This document shows positions 1-8,546 of a stretch of 64,000 nucleotides of DNA, in pieces. The position numbers were made by a program, and so were the translations under genes. The DNA lies in the NCBI GenBank assembly GCA_965652295.1, contig CBFGTS010000013.1, positions 32,001 to 96,000 on the forward strand, in the 5' to 3' direction. Source of the stretch: an uncultured Haloferula sp. GTDB lineage: Bacteria; Verrucomicrobiota; Verrucomicrobiia; Verrucomicrobiales; Akkermansiaceae. Each line of letters starts with the position of its first letter. Within the stretch, counting starts at the first letter, position 1. The notes beneath the pieces were generated by a model. It had not been told where the DNA came from. It did not search any database and worked only from the letters and a program-made list of their open reading frames with translations.

Positions 1-347
1 AAGCTCACCAGCATCCCCGCCACCGTACCCAACAACCCGAGCAGCGGCGCGGCAGCAATCAGCACTCCGAGGAAAGGCAGCCGGCGCTCGACCCATGCCA
101 CTTCTTCCAGCTCGAAGGTCGCGAAGCGCCGTGTCCACTCGCGCTCGCCCGGCTTTTCCCCGGCCCACGGCAGGCCACCGACGAGCACCGCCGGCGTTTT
201 CCACGCTCCGGAATTCACCCGCGCCCGCAGCCGCCGGCCGTGCCACCAAACCACGAAGGCCAGCGAGTAGATCATCACCGCCAGCCCCAACAGCGCCCAC
301 AGCGTGAGCCCGCCTTCGTTCAGCGTGGTGAGGATCGCGTTCTTCAT
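1..347 (-). CDS. exbB: MotA/TolQ/ExbB proton channel family protein (runs off window start)
   Basis: Not in ORF track; manual translation from ATG at 347 gives MKNAILTTLNEGGLTLWALLGLAVMIY...LPFLGVLIAAAPLLGLLGTVAGMLVS, with the ExbB APLLGLLGTVxGM motif; starts 1 nt after the upstream gene's stop. Confidence 0.85.
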   Translation of the reverse strand, partial: MKNAILTTLNEGGLTLWALLGLAVMIYSLAFVVWWHGRRLRARVNSGAWKTPAVLVGGLPWAGEKPGEREWTRRFATFELEEVAWVERRLPFLGVLIAAAPLLGLLGTVAGMLVS

Positions 348-348
348 G

Positions 349-1842
349 TCACTTCGAGCGCTGCGCGTTGACAAAGGAAAGCCCGAGCCGCTCGGTCGTC
401 TGCACGATCCCCTGGCTGCGGCGGGAAAGGAAGGCGTGCAGAATCAGGGCGGGGATCGCCACGATCAAACCGAACAAGGTTGTGATCAAGGCTTCGGAAA
501 TCCCGCCGGCCAGCGGCTTGGGATCGCCCGAGCCAAAGACCGTGATCAGGTTGAAGGTGCGGATCATGCCCGAAACCGTGCCCAGCAGCCCGAGCAGCGG
601 CGCGGTCGCCGCGGTCACCGCGATCACCGGCAGCAGCGAAGAAACCTTGCTCTGCACCGTCATGAGCTGCTCGTAGAGCGTCTCTTCCACGACGTCCGCC
701 GTATTTCCGGAAAGCTCGACCAGCTTGCGCATCACCCCAGCGACCGGGTGCGAGGGTTTCGCCGCCAGCTCGACGGCCTTGTCGCGATCCCCCACCCGCA
801 GCGCGGCGAGGATGACGGTGACCCAGGCATCGCCCGGCTCGCGGTAGCCGGAGAAGCGGATGACCTTCAGAATGCCCAGCACCAGGCTGATCACCGCCAG
901 AAAGAGAATCGGCCAAACCCAGAGCCCGCCCTTCTTCACCAGATCGACCGCGCCGCCGCCGACTTCCTCCAAAGCCCGCGCCTTGCCGCCCGTGACGTCG
1001 AGCCCCAGCTCGACTTCGCCGCCGCTGAAAAGACCCTCCGTCTGCTCATCGCCCACCACTTTCGGCAGGCTCTCGCCTCTTTCCCAAATGACCGCGCCGG
1101 AGACGCCGCCGCCCTCGAACCAAGCCAGCGGCCCCATTGCGGCGAAGCGGCCATCGACCACCTCACCCTCCGCGGTGCTGGCACGACCTTCGGCAATCGA
1201 GCCGCCCATGAGTTTCTCCAGCCTCTCCAGCGAGGCGTCCACGACCGTGAGCCGTTCCTCCAGCGCTGTCGCCGGATCGTCCGCCTCGCGGGCGAGCAAC
1301 TCTTCATCCACCGCCAGCTTCGGTTCGCCGGGACCTGCCAGCGTGCCGGTCTTCAAAGCATGATCCTTCAGCAGCCCGGCAAGGTATCCGGCATCCTGCC
1401 CGCGCACCGCTCGCTCGCGTTCGAGCTGTCGCATCGCCTGCTCGCGATCCTCCACCGCCGTCCGCGCGATCCGCACCAGCCGCCGCTTCTCCGCCAGTTC
1501 CTGCGCGATTTCCTCGAACTCCTTGGACATCGACGGCTTTTCCTCCGTGATCCCCGCGCGGACCGATTCCAGCGTCTGCAAGGCGGTCGCGAGGTCCTTC
1601 TTCGCCTCCTCCAACGCCTGCGGCACCGTCACCTGCGCCACCGCCGGCGACGCCAGCAGCACGATCGCAGCCAGACCCACCTGCCAGTGGCACGACCGTC
1701 CCGGTCGTGAACCCATGACGCCGCGGAACACCCTCTTAGAAAATCGCCCCAACCCAACATCCCGCCGCTCCCGTTCATGACCGGGACGGTCGTGCCACTG
1801 ACAGCCAAGGAGCGAGTGTCTTGATTGCTCGGTTTCTTTCAT
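349..1842 (-). CDS. Long MotA/TolQ/ExbB-family protein with N-terminal periplasmic coiled-coil region (TtpC-like); start at 1842 or 1716
   Basis: C-terminal TAPLLGLLGTVSGMIRTF...GGISEALITTLFGLIVAIPA; signal-like AAIVLLASPAVA-Q; ATG 1842 lies 8 nt after the DUF3450 stop. Confidence 0.85.
   Translation of the reverse strand: MKETEQSRHSLLGCQWHDRPGHERERRDVGLGRFSKRVFRGVMGSRPGRSCHWQVGLAAIVLLASPAVAQVTVPQALEEAKKDLATALQTLESVRAGITEEKPSMSKEFEEIAQELAEKRRLVRIARTAVEDREQAMRQLERERAVRGQDAGYLAGLLKDHALKTGTLAGPGEPKLAVDEELLAREADDPATALEERLTVVDASLERLEKLMGGSIAEGRASTAEGEVVDGRFAAMGPLAWFEGGGVSGAVIWERGESLPKVVGDEQTEGLFSGGEVELGLDVTGGKARALEEVGGGAVDLVKKGGLWVWPILFLAVISLVLGILKVIRFSGYREPGDAWVTVILAALRVGDRDKAVELAAKPSHPVAGVMRKLVELSGNTADVVEETLYEQLMTVQSKVSSLLPVIAVTAATAPLLGLLGTVSGMIRTFNLITVFGSGDPKPLAGGISEALITTLFGLIVAIPALILHAFLSRRSQGIVQTTERLGLSFVNAQRSK
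1681..1804. repeat. REP-like inverted doublet (family 1), 32-bp arms, 60-nt spacer
   Basis: 1681-1712 ctgccagtggcacgaccgtcccggtcgtgaac vs reverse complement of 1773-1804 ctgtcagtggcacgaccgtcccggtcatgaac (30/32); each arm is GTGG plus a CACGACC-gtccc-GGTCRTG hairpin. Confidence 0.85.
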
Positions 1843-1850
1843 GGCGCGTC

Positions 1851-2588
1851 TCAATCTTGAATTTTCACCGGCAGCTCGACCAGTTCCGGCGGACGCTTGC
1901 GGTCCAGCTCGTCGAAAGCCTTGTTGATCTCCCCCGCCAGCTTCGGCCGGCTTTCCCATTTCCATCCGCCCGCGGCGGGCACGCCAATGCCGGCGTTTCC
2001 GCTACGGTCCGCATAGTAGGCCCGGGCCAGTCCAAGGTAGAGCACTTCGACCTCGCGGCCATCGCGCACCTCCGCCGCACGGCTCACCCGGCGATTGAAT
2101 TGCTCGGCCTTCGTCACCAGCCCGAGGATCGCCTGCAAGCCGTCGCGCGGCTCGTCGCCGGGCTTCCAGTCCTCCAGCGTGATCCGCTCCAGCTCCGCTT
2201 CCTTGGCCAGCGGTTTGGGAAACATCGCCGCCAATGCCAGCGCCCGATCGCGGTTGCGCGCCACCGCCTCGCCGGCCGCGCGGCGTGCCTGCTTCAGACC
2301 CGCAACCTCTTCCTCGGCCTCGTTCTTGCGCTCATCGTAGCCGCCCGCGGAAGTGCCGGATTTTTCCAGCTCCTCCGTCAAAAGCTCCAGCTCCCGGCGA
2401 TGCAGGCCGAGCAGCTCGTTCATCTCCCCTTTCCGCGCTTCCCACGCCGCACGCTCGGCCGAGGCCTGCGATTTCACATCGACGATCTTGGCGATCGTTT
2501 CCCGCAACTCGACGACCTGCGCGTCCGGCGCGGCTTCGGCCGAAAAAGCGACCAACCACATCCACAGACCCAAGCTCCATGTTCGCAT
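1851..2588 (-). CDS. DUF3450-like periplasmic protein of TonB/ExbB operons
   Basis: Signal peptide, coiled coil, REVEVLYLGLARAYY motif, C-terminal LVELPV; directly upstream of two ExbB-family genes. Confidence 0.75.
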   Translation of the reverse strand: MRTWSLGLWMWLVAFSAEAAPDAQVVELRETIAKIVDVKSQASAERAAWEARKGEMNELLGLHRRELELLTEELEKSGTSAGGYDERKNEAEEEVAGLKQARRAAGEAVARNRDRALALAAMFPKPLAKEAELERITLEDWKPGDEPRDGLQAILGLVTKAEQFNRRVSRAAEVRDGREVEVLYLGLARAYYADRSGNAGIGVPAAGGWKWESRPKLAGEINKAFDELDRKRPPELVELPVKIQD

Positions 2589-2664
2589 CGCCGTCTCGTA
2601 GTAATATCGCATAGGATTTGCAATAGCGGAACCGGGCTTCGGTCCGCACCCTTCCCGCTCAATC

Positions 2665-2683
2665 TTGCGAATGCGTCTCATTT
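2665..2683. promoter_or_regulatory. Putative Fur-like box
   Basis: TGCGAAT-G-CGTCTCA matches 11/14 to the 7-1-7 TGAGAAT-n-ATTCTCA Fur-type palindrome; upstream of the TonB-energiser operon. Confidence 0.5.
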
Positions 2684-2914
2684 AGTTGCAGGCGTCTTGA
2701 CGGAACCCACCTTGCCGGTCAACTCCGAAGTCGGCCGTAACGGAGCACGGATGACGAAATCGGTACCGCCAGTTCCCGTGGTGAATCGGTGGTTTCTGGC
2801 GACTTTCCTACGCCAATTCCGACACCCCGAAGGGGCGATACCGATTTCATAATCGGCGCTCCTGCTTCCCCCGGGCTTGTGCCGACATTCGGTGAAACGC
2901 AGGATTCCCACGCC

Positions 2915-4147
2915 ATGCACGTCCCCACCTTGATTTCCCGCAAGCGCGATGGCGAAGCGCTCGGCAAGTCGGAGATCCGCCACCTGATCGAGGGATACGT
3001 GACCGGGACGGTGCCGGATTACCAGATGTCCGCCTTCGCCATGGCCGTTTTTTTCCGCGGGATGGATCCGGTGGAAACCGCCGCGCTCACCCGCGCGATG
3101 CTCGAGAGCGGCGATGTCTTCGAGCACCCCGCCGGCCCGCCCGTCGTGGACAAGCACTCGACCGGCGGCATCGGCGACAAGGTTTCCCTGCCGCTCGCCC
3201 CCCTGCTCGCCACCGCCGGCGCGCGCGTTCCGATGGTTTCCGGCCGCGGCCTGGGGATCACCGGCGGCACCCTCGACAAGCTGGAATCGATGCCCGGCTT
3301 CCGCACCGGCCTCTCCCTCGGCGAGGCACAGCGGCAGCTGGCCGAAATCGGAGTCTGCATGATGGGCCAGACCGAGCGCTTCTGCCCCGCCGATCGCAAG
3401 CTCTACGCGCTGCGCGACGTCACCGGCACGGTGGCCTCCATCCCGCTCATCACCGCCTCCATCATGTCAAAGAAGCTCGCGGAGTCGCTCGACCGCCTCG
3501 TCCTCGACGTGAAATTCGGCTCCGGTGCCTTCATGAGAACCGAGAAGGATGCCCGCAAGCTGGCCGACGCCATGATCGCCGTCGGTGCCGAAATGGGCGT
3601 GGAGGTGACGGCCCTTCTCAACCCGATGTCCGAACCTCTCGGCCGGGCGGTCGGCAACGCATTGGAAGTCGTGGAATCACTCGAATGCCTCGAGGGGGGC
3701 GGCCCGGCCGATCTCCGGAAGCTCGTTCTCGACCTCGCCGAAGCGGTCGCGCCCGTTTCCCGCGGTGAATTGGAGAAGCTCCTCGATAACGGCAGCGCGC
3801 GCGAGAAATTCGACCAGCTTGTTTCAGCCCAAGGCGGAAGCCCGGAGGATCTACGGCGTTTATCGGAGATCCACCGCGCCGATCTCATCCTGGAGATCCC
3901 CGCCCCGGATACCGGGACGGTGACCCGCGTCGATGCCGGCCTCATCGGCCAGGCAGCGCTCCAGCTCGGTGCCGGCCGGTCGCGCACGGACGATGGCGTC
4001 GACTTCGCCGTCGGTTTCGATCGCCTCGTCAAAACCGGCGAGCACGTTCATCAGGGCGATCCCGTCTGCCGCGTTCACTGCCGTCACAAGTCGGACTTCG
4101 ACATGACCGAGGCGCTCGTCCTCCAAGCCATCACCATCGATCCATGA
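2915..4147 (+). CDS. deoA: Thymidine/pyrimidine-nucleoside phosphorylase
   Basis: ISRKRDG, VDKHSTGGIGDK, SGRGLGITGGTLDKLES, LYALRDVTGTV, SIMSKK motifs. Confidence 0.93.
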   Translation: MHVPTLISRKRDGEALGKSEIRHLIEGYVTGTVPDYQMSAFAMAVFFRGMDPVETAALTRAMLESGDVFEHPAGPPVVDKHSTGGIGDKVSLPLAPLLATAGARVPMVSGRGLGITGGTLDKLESMPGFRTGLSLGEAQRQLAEIGVCMMGQTERFCPADRKLYALRDVTGTVASIPLITASIMSKKLAESLDRLVLDVKFGSGAFMRTEKDARKLADAMIAVGAEMGVEVTALLNPMSEPLGRAVGNALEVVESLECLEGGGPADLRKLVLDLAEAVAPVSRGELEKLLDNGSAREKFDQLVSAQGGSPEDLRRLSEIHRADLILEIPAPDTGTVTRVDAGLIGQAALQLGAGRSRTDDGVDFAVGFDRLVKTGEHVHQGDPVCRVHCRHKSDFDMTEALVLQAITIDP

Positions 4148-4926
4148 AGGCGGGGAAAATCATCGGCTACACGATCCTCGCCGGATTCGCCGGCCTGTTC
4201 ATCTGGGGTTTCATGCGTCCGGCCAAAGTCCCCGCTTCACCCCGGCTCAAACAAGCGGAGGTCGATTTGGAGAAAATCGGCCGGCAGACTGAAGAGCGGA
4301 CCGATGCCCGGCTCGTCCAGCAACTCATTGGTGAGAACCTCGACAGCCGCCGGTTCAAGTTCGGCACCGTCATGGAAGCCGCTTCGGGGAAAAGGGTGCT
4401 CTCGTTGAACTCGGATCGCAACGCCCACGCACGGGTCGTGGAGGCGATCGAGACCGCGCTCGACGACGCCGCCACCACTCTCAGCCGGCCCGACTCCCCC
4501 GTCCGCGGGCTCCGCCGCATCAACGAGGCCTCCCGGTTTTTCGAAGATTTCCTGCTCGAAACCCTCGACGCCCAGCCCGACCTCTCCGCCAGCGTCCCGC
4601 TGACCACCGACGGCCGCCATCAACGCAGCGGTTACCCCGATCTCCGCATCGAACACCTGCCGACCCACACCGTTTTCTACCTCGATCCGAAGCTCGTGGA
4701 GGAAACCGCTTGGGACAGCACCCTGCGGACCTTCTACTTCGAGCCGAAGTCCCACAGCCTCAAGATCACCGAGGACGCCGTCCACCTCCTCGCCGGCATC
4801 CCCCACGATGGTCGTGATGGCCAGTGGACCTTCGGCAAAGCGAAGCTCGTCGACCTTTCCACCATCACCCTCCGCCTCAAGCCCGAGTTCCAAGCGTCCA
4901 ACGCGGATCTCTATCCAGAGGAGTAG
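4144..4926 (+). CDS. Membrane-anchored protein with PD-(D/E)XK nuclease-like motif
   Basis: N-terminal TM helix IIGYTILAGFAGLFIWGFM; GYPDLRI...FYLDPK motif; ATGA overlap with the phosphorylase stop. Confidence 0.6.
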   Translation: MKAGKIIGYTILAGFAGLFIWGFMRPAKVPASPRLKQAEVDLEKIGRQTEERTDARLVQQLIGENLDSRRFKFGTVMEAASGKRVLSLNSDRNAHARVVEAIETALDDAATTLSRPDSPVRGLRRINEASRFFEDFLLETLDAQPDLSASVPLTTDGRHQRSGYPDLRIEHLPTHTVFYLDPKLVEETAWDSTLRTFYFEPKSHSLKITEDAVHLLAGIPHDGRDGQWTFGKAKLVDLSTITLRLKPEFQASNADLYPEE

Positions 4927-4984
4927 GAGATGGACGAGCACTCGAAGCCTTGCCCTCGCCGGAATCGTGCACGAGCTTCAGCAG

Positions 4985-5374
4985 ATGAAACTCCCCTTCC
5001 TTGCCCTCACGCTCGCCATGTTCACCTCATGCACCGTTCCCATGAGCGGGCCGGTGATCGAGAAAGTGAGTATCGACTCCGCCGAGCGGAAAATCGCGGA
5101 AGGCGCCCAGGTCCTCGACGTCCGCACCCGCGAAGAATGGGACACCGGCCATCTTGAGGAAGCCGTCCGAGTGGACATCAAAGAGCCTGGTTTCGCCGCC
5201 AAAGCAGCCGAAGCCCTCGATGAATCCAAGCCGGTCGTCGTTTACTGCCGCAGCGGAAACCGCAGCGCGGAGGCCGTCCTGGCGCTCAACAAAGCCGGCT
5301 TCGCCACTCTCTACGACATGGATGGCGGCATCACCGCATGGACGGAGGCCGGGAAGCAGGTCGTGCAGGAGTGA
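4985..5374 (+). CDS. Rhodanese-like domain lipoprotein
   Basis: Lipobox-like FTSC; LDVRTREEWDTGHL and VYCRSGNRS motifs, DGGITAW. Confidence 0.85.
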   Translation: MKLPFLALTLAMFTSCTVPMSGPVIEKVSIDSAERKIAEGAQVLDVRTREEWDTGHLEEAVRVDIKEPGFAAKAAEALDESKPVVVYCRSGNRSAEAVLALNKAGFATLYDMDGGITAWTEAGKQVVQE

Positions 5375-5380
5375 TGACAG

Positions 5381-6094
5381 CTACCGCATCAGCATGTGTC
5401 CTACCAACCCCAGCATGAACCCCGCCACCGCACCCAACGGAGGCAGCCAGTGCTTTTTCAGCCGAGCCTGAGGTGCCAGATCGCCAAAGACCACGTAGAG
5501 GATCCCTCCGCCGGCAAACACCATGATACCGGAAACAAGGACCGGAAAGCCGGACAGGACGTAGTACCCCACCAGGCCGCACAGAGGTCCCAGCAAGCCC
5601 ATGGCGGCGAACACCATCAACAGCCGCCGCGGTCTTCCACGCCCGCCATCGACCATTTCGCGATAGGCGTTGAAGCCCTCCGGCAGGTTCTGCAAGGCCA
5701 TCAGCACCGCCAACAGAGCGCCGCTCCCCGTGCCCAGGGCGAATGCCGACCCCAGCGCCATCGCCTCCGGCACGAAGTCTGTCAGCATCGCCACCGTCTG
5801 CCCCATCGCGCTACGGGTCCGGGAAAGCCACCGCTCCACCCCGAAAAACACGACACCACCACCCATGAAGCAGGCGGCAGCGGTGAACGGATCGAGGTCC
5901 CGGATGCCCTCGGGGACCAGCACCAGCGCCACCGCCGAGAGCAGCGCCCCGCCGCCGAAGGCAATCACGAAGTGTCGGAACTCCTGCTCCAGCCATTGCG
6001 GGCTCAACTTCTCCCACCTCGCCAACAACGCACCCGCCGGAATCGCCATCCCCGCCATCAACGTCAGTAGCACGATCTTCAGCCAGGTCTCCAT
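5381..6094 (-). CDS. ZIP (ZupT/GufA-like) divalent metal transporter
   Basis: Multiple TM helices; AFGGGALL, DFVPEA, QNLPEG, FAGGGILYVV motifs. Confidence 0.8.
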   Translation of the reverse strand: METWLKIVLLTLMAGMAIPAGALLARWEKLSPQWLEQEFRHFVIAFGGGALLSAVALVLVPEGIRDLDPFTAAACFMGGGVVFFGVERWLSRTRSAMGQTVAMLTDFVPEAMALGSAFALGTGSGALLAVLMALQNLPEGFNAYREMVDGGRGRPRRLLMVFAAMGLLGPLCGLVGYYVLSGFPVLVSGIMVFAGGGILYVVFGDLAPQARLKKHWLPPLGAVAGFMLGLVGHMLMR

Positions 6095-6186
6095 CGCCGC
6101 ACGGTAGGGCAATCCTCGATCGGCTCCACCTCCGACTTCTTCCCCCTTGATCGCTTAAGAATTCCAAAGTATTTTCTTTTCCGCGC

Positions 6187-7095
6187 ATGGCTGGCGGGCA
6201 GAAGAACATGAACCTGGGCAAACGCAGGGGGAACAACCGCCGGCGGCATCGGCCCACCTTCTCGGAGGCACTCCGCCTCGCCGACGCCCGTGCGAGGCTA
6301 CGGGTGACGAAAAACAAGCCCGCCGGGCGCCGCCGTTTCAAGCACATCCAGGCGGCCATTGCCGTGCCGCTGCCGATCGACGAGACACCCGGCATCCTGC
6401 TGCGCATGATGCGTTGGCTGCTCGGCCTCTGCTTGCTGCCGCTCTGCATCGTCACCACCTGGACCTACTTCGACCAGTTCCACGGCGTCGCCCTCCACCG
6501 CGCCTTCTGGAGCACCAGCGCCTTCTGGTATTTCGCCACCGGCGCGCTGCTGATGACCGGGTGGTTCGTCTCCGGTCTCTTCTGGAACGCCTTTCTCTAC
6601 CTCTACGTGCTCGGGCACGAACTGACCCACATCCTCGCCATCTGGCTCTTCCGCGGAAAGATCAGCGACTGGGGTGTCAGCGCGGACGGCGGCTACGTCA
6701 CCACCGACAAGTCGAACATCGTCATCTCCCTCGCCCCCTACTTCGTGCCCCTCTGGGCCGCCACGCTGATGGTCACCTACGCCATCACCGCACAGTTCCT
6801 CGAGCCCACGCCCAGCGTTCTCAAAACCATCTACGCCCTGCTCGGCTTCTTCTGGACCTTCCACCTGCTATGGACCCTGTGGATGATCCCGCGCGACCAG
6901 CCGGACCTGAAGGAGAACGGCACCTTTCTTTCCCTCTCCATCATCTACCTCGCCAACCTGCTGCTGGTGGTCGTGCTGACCTGCTTCGCTTCGCACCAGT
7001 TCACCGTGCGCGACTTCGCGCACGATTGGCTCGCCCACGCGAAAGACCTCGCGCGAATCGCGCGCCATACCGCTGCGGAGTTCTACCGGTATTAG
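6187..7095 (+). CDS. Membrane zinc metalloprotease-like protein (M50-like)
   Basis: HELTH (HExxH) within hydrophobic segments, ISLAPYF, DQPDL. Confidence 0.65.
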   Translation: MAGGQKNMNLGKRRGNNRRRHRPTFSEALRLADARARLRVTKNKPAGRRRFKHIQAAIAVPLPIDETPGILLRMMRWLLGLCLLPLCIVTTWTYFDQFHGVALHRAFWSTSAFWYFATGALLMTGWFVSGLFWNAFLYLYVLGHELTHILAIWLFRGKISDWGVSADGGYVTTDKSNIVISLAPYFVPLWAATLMVTYAITAQFLEPTPSVLKTIYALLGFFWTFHLLWTLWMIPRDQPDLKENGTFLSLSIIYLANLLLVVVLTCFASHQFTVRDFAHDWLAHAKDLARIARHTAAEFYRY

Positions 7096-7177
7096 GAGCC
7101 TCCCGGTCTCCCGTCGGGCCGCCTGCGCTTAGATGGGCTTGCGGGCTCGGGAGCGGCTCCCTAGGTTTTCCCCCAAC

Positions 7178-8371
7178 ATGATCGTCGAGCCCAAGATCCG
7201 AGGTTTTATCTGCACCACCGCGCACCCCGATGGCTGCGCCAAACACGTCGCCGACCAGATCGCGCTCGTCCGTTCACGCGGGGCGATCGAGGACGGCCCC
7301 AAGAAGGTTCTCGTGATCGGTTCGTCCACCGGCTACGGCTTGTCCTCACGGATCGCCGCAGCCTTCGGATGCGGGGCCGCGACGGTCGGCGTGTTTTTTG
7401 AGAAGCCCGGCGATGAGCGCCGCACCGGCACCGCCGGATGGTACAACTCCGCCGCCTTCGAAAAGGAAGCCGCCGCCGCCGGTCTCTACGCCCGCTCCTT
7501 CAACGGAGACGCATTCTCCGATGAAATGAAGCAGACGGTGATCGACGCCATCAAGGCCGACCTCGGACAGGTCGATTGCGTCATTTACTCGCTGGCCTCA
7601 CCGCGCCGCACCCACCCGAAGACGGGCGAGGTTTTCAAATCCTGCCTCAAGCCGATCGGCCAAAGCTACACCAACAAGAATCTCAACACGACCAATCACG
7701 TCGTGGAGGACGTCACCATCGAACCCGCCTCCCAGGAGGACATCGACCAGACCGTGGCCGTGATGGGCGGCGAGGACTGGGAAATGTGGCTCGATGCCCT
7801 GAAGGCGGCCGGCGTGCTGGCCGAAGGCGTGGTCACGGTCGCCTATTCCTACATCGGACCCGAGGTCACGTGGCCGATCTACAAGGAGGGCACGATCGGT
7901 GCCGCCAAGATCGACCTCGAGCGCGCCCAGCGTGCGCTCGACGACAAGCTTTCCGACCTGAACGGCAAGGCCTGGGTTTCGGTCAACAAGGCTCTGGTTA
8001 CCCAAGCGTCGTCCGCCATTCCCGTTGTGCCGCTCTACATTTCCCTCCTCTACAAGGTGATGAAGGAAAAAGGCACCCACGAGGACACCATCGAGCAGAT
8101 GGACCGCCTTTTCCGCGACCGGCTCTACGGCAAAGCGGATCCCCAACCCGATGGCGACGGTCGGATCCGTGTGGACGATTGGGAAATGGAAGCCGACGTC
8201 CAGGCCGCCGTCGATGCCGCATGGAGCTCGGTCAACACGGACAATCTCCGCGAGCTGGCCGATGTGGAAGGCTACGAGTCATCGTTCCTGCGTTTGTTCG
8301 GCTTCGGGCTTGAGAACGTGGACTACTCGGCGGACACGGATCCTGCGATCGGCGTTCCGTCGATTTCCTGA
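7178..8371 (+). CDS. fabV: Enoyl-ACP / trans-2-enoyl-CoA reductase FabV
   Basis: MIVEPKIRGFICTTAHP, GSSTGYGL, YSLASPRR, VMGGEDW, YSYIGP...Y..GTIG.AK. Confidence 0.95.
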   Translation: MIVEPKIRGFICTTAHPDGCAKHVADQIALVRSRGAIEDGPKKVLVIGSSTGYGLSSRIAAAFGCGAATVGVFFEKPGDERRTGTAGWYNSAAFEKEAAAAGLYARSFNGDAFSDEMKQTVIDAIKADLGQVDCVIYSLASPRRTHPKTGEVFKSCLKPIGQSYTNKNLNTTNHVVEDVTIEPASQEDIDQTVAVMGGEDWEMWLDALKAAGVLAEGVVTVAYSYIGPEVTWPIYKEGTIGAAKIDLERAQRALDDKLSDLNGKAWVSVNKALVTQASSAIPVVPLYISLLYKVMKEKGTHEDTIEQMDRLFRDRLYGKADPQPDGDGRIRVDDWEMEADVQAAVDAAWSSVNTDNLRELADVEGYESSFLRLFGFGLENVDYSADTDPAIGVPSIS

Positions 8372-8378
8372 GGTTTCC

Positions 8379-8476
8379 GGACTACTCCGACACGTCGGAG
8401 CAGTCCATACTTTCAGGACAGCCCGCCCGGCAGCTCCCGGCTCCACCCCCAATGCTCCGCAGCGCCGGAGCACTCC
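8379..8476. repeat. Two REP-like palindromes (family 2)
   Basis: 8379-8406 ggactactccgacacgtcggagcagtcc and 8451-8476 aatgctccgcagcgccggagcactcc; same GGA(C/G)TGCTCCG...CGGAG pattern as 15791-15930. Confidence 0.65.
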
Positions 8477-8546
8477 CTACCCCCGCGATCACCTGCCCGT
8501 CTTCTCGTGATCCCGTGGACGAAGGGGATCGGGCAGGATACACTCC

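Noticed and set aside
304..1710. Long antisense or alternative-frame ORFs (e.g. 304-1710, 9811-11280, 19300-20592, 23096-25240, 32680-33960, 55461-57137, 61400-62872)
   Set aside because: They shadow well-supported genes on the opposite strand and have no motifs; this is expected in high-GC DNA with few stop codons
7093..7163. Imperfect inverted repeat taggagcc-tcccg...cgggagcggctcccta upstream of fabV
   Set aside because: Short and gapped, with no clear second copy; cannot be distinguished from a chance GC-rich hairpin or a simple terminator
8379..8476. Palindromic repeats considered as a CRISPR array
   Set aside because: Only two divergent copies, no regular repeat-spacer period and no cas genes
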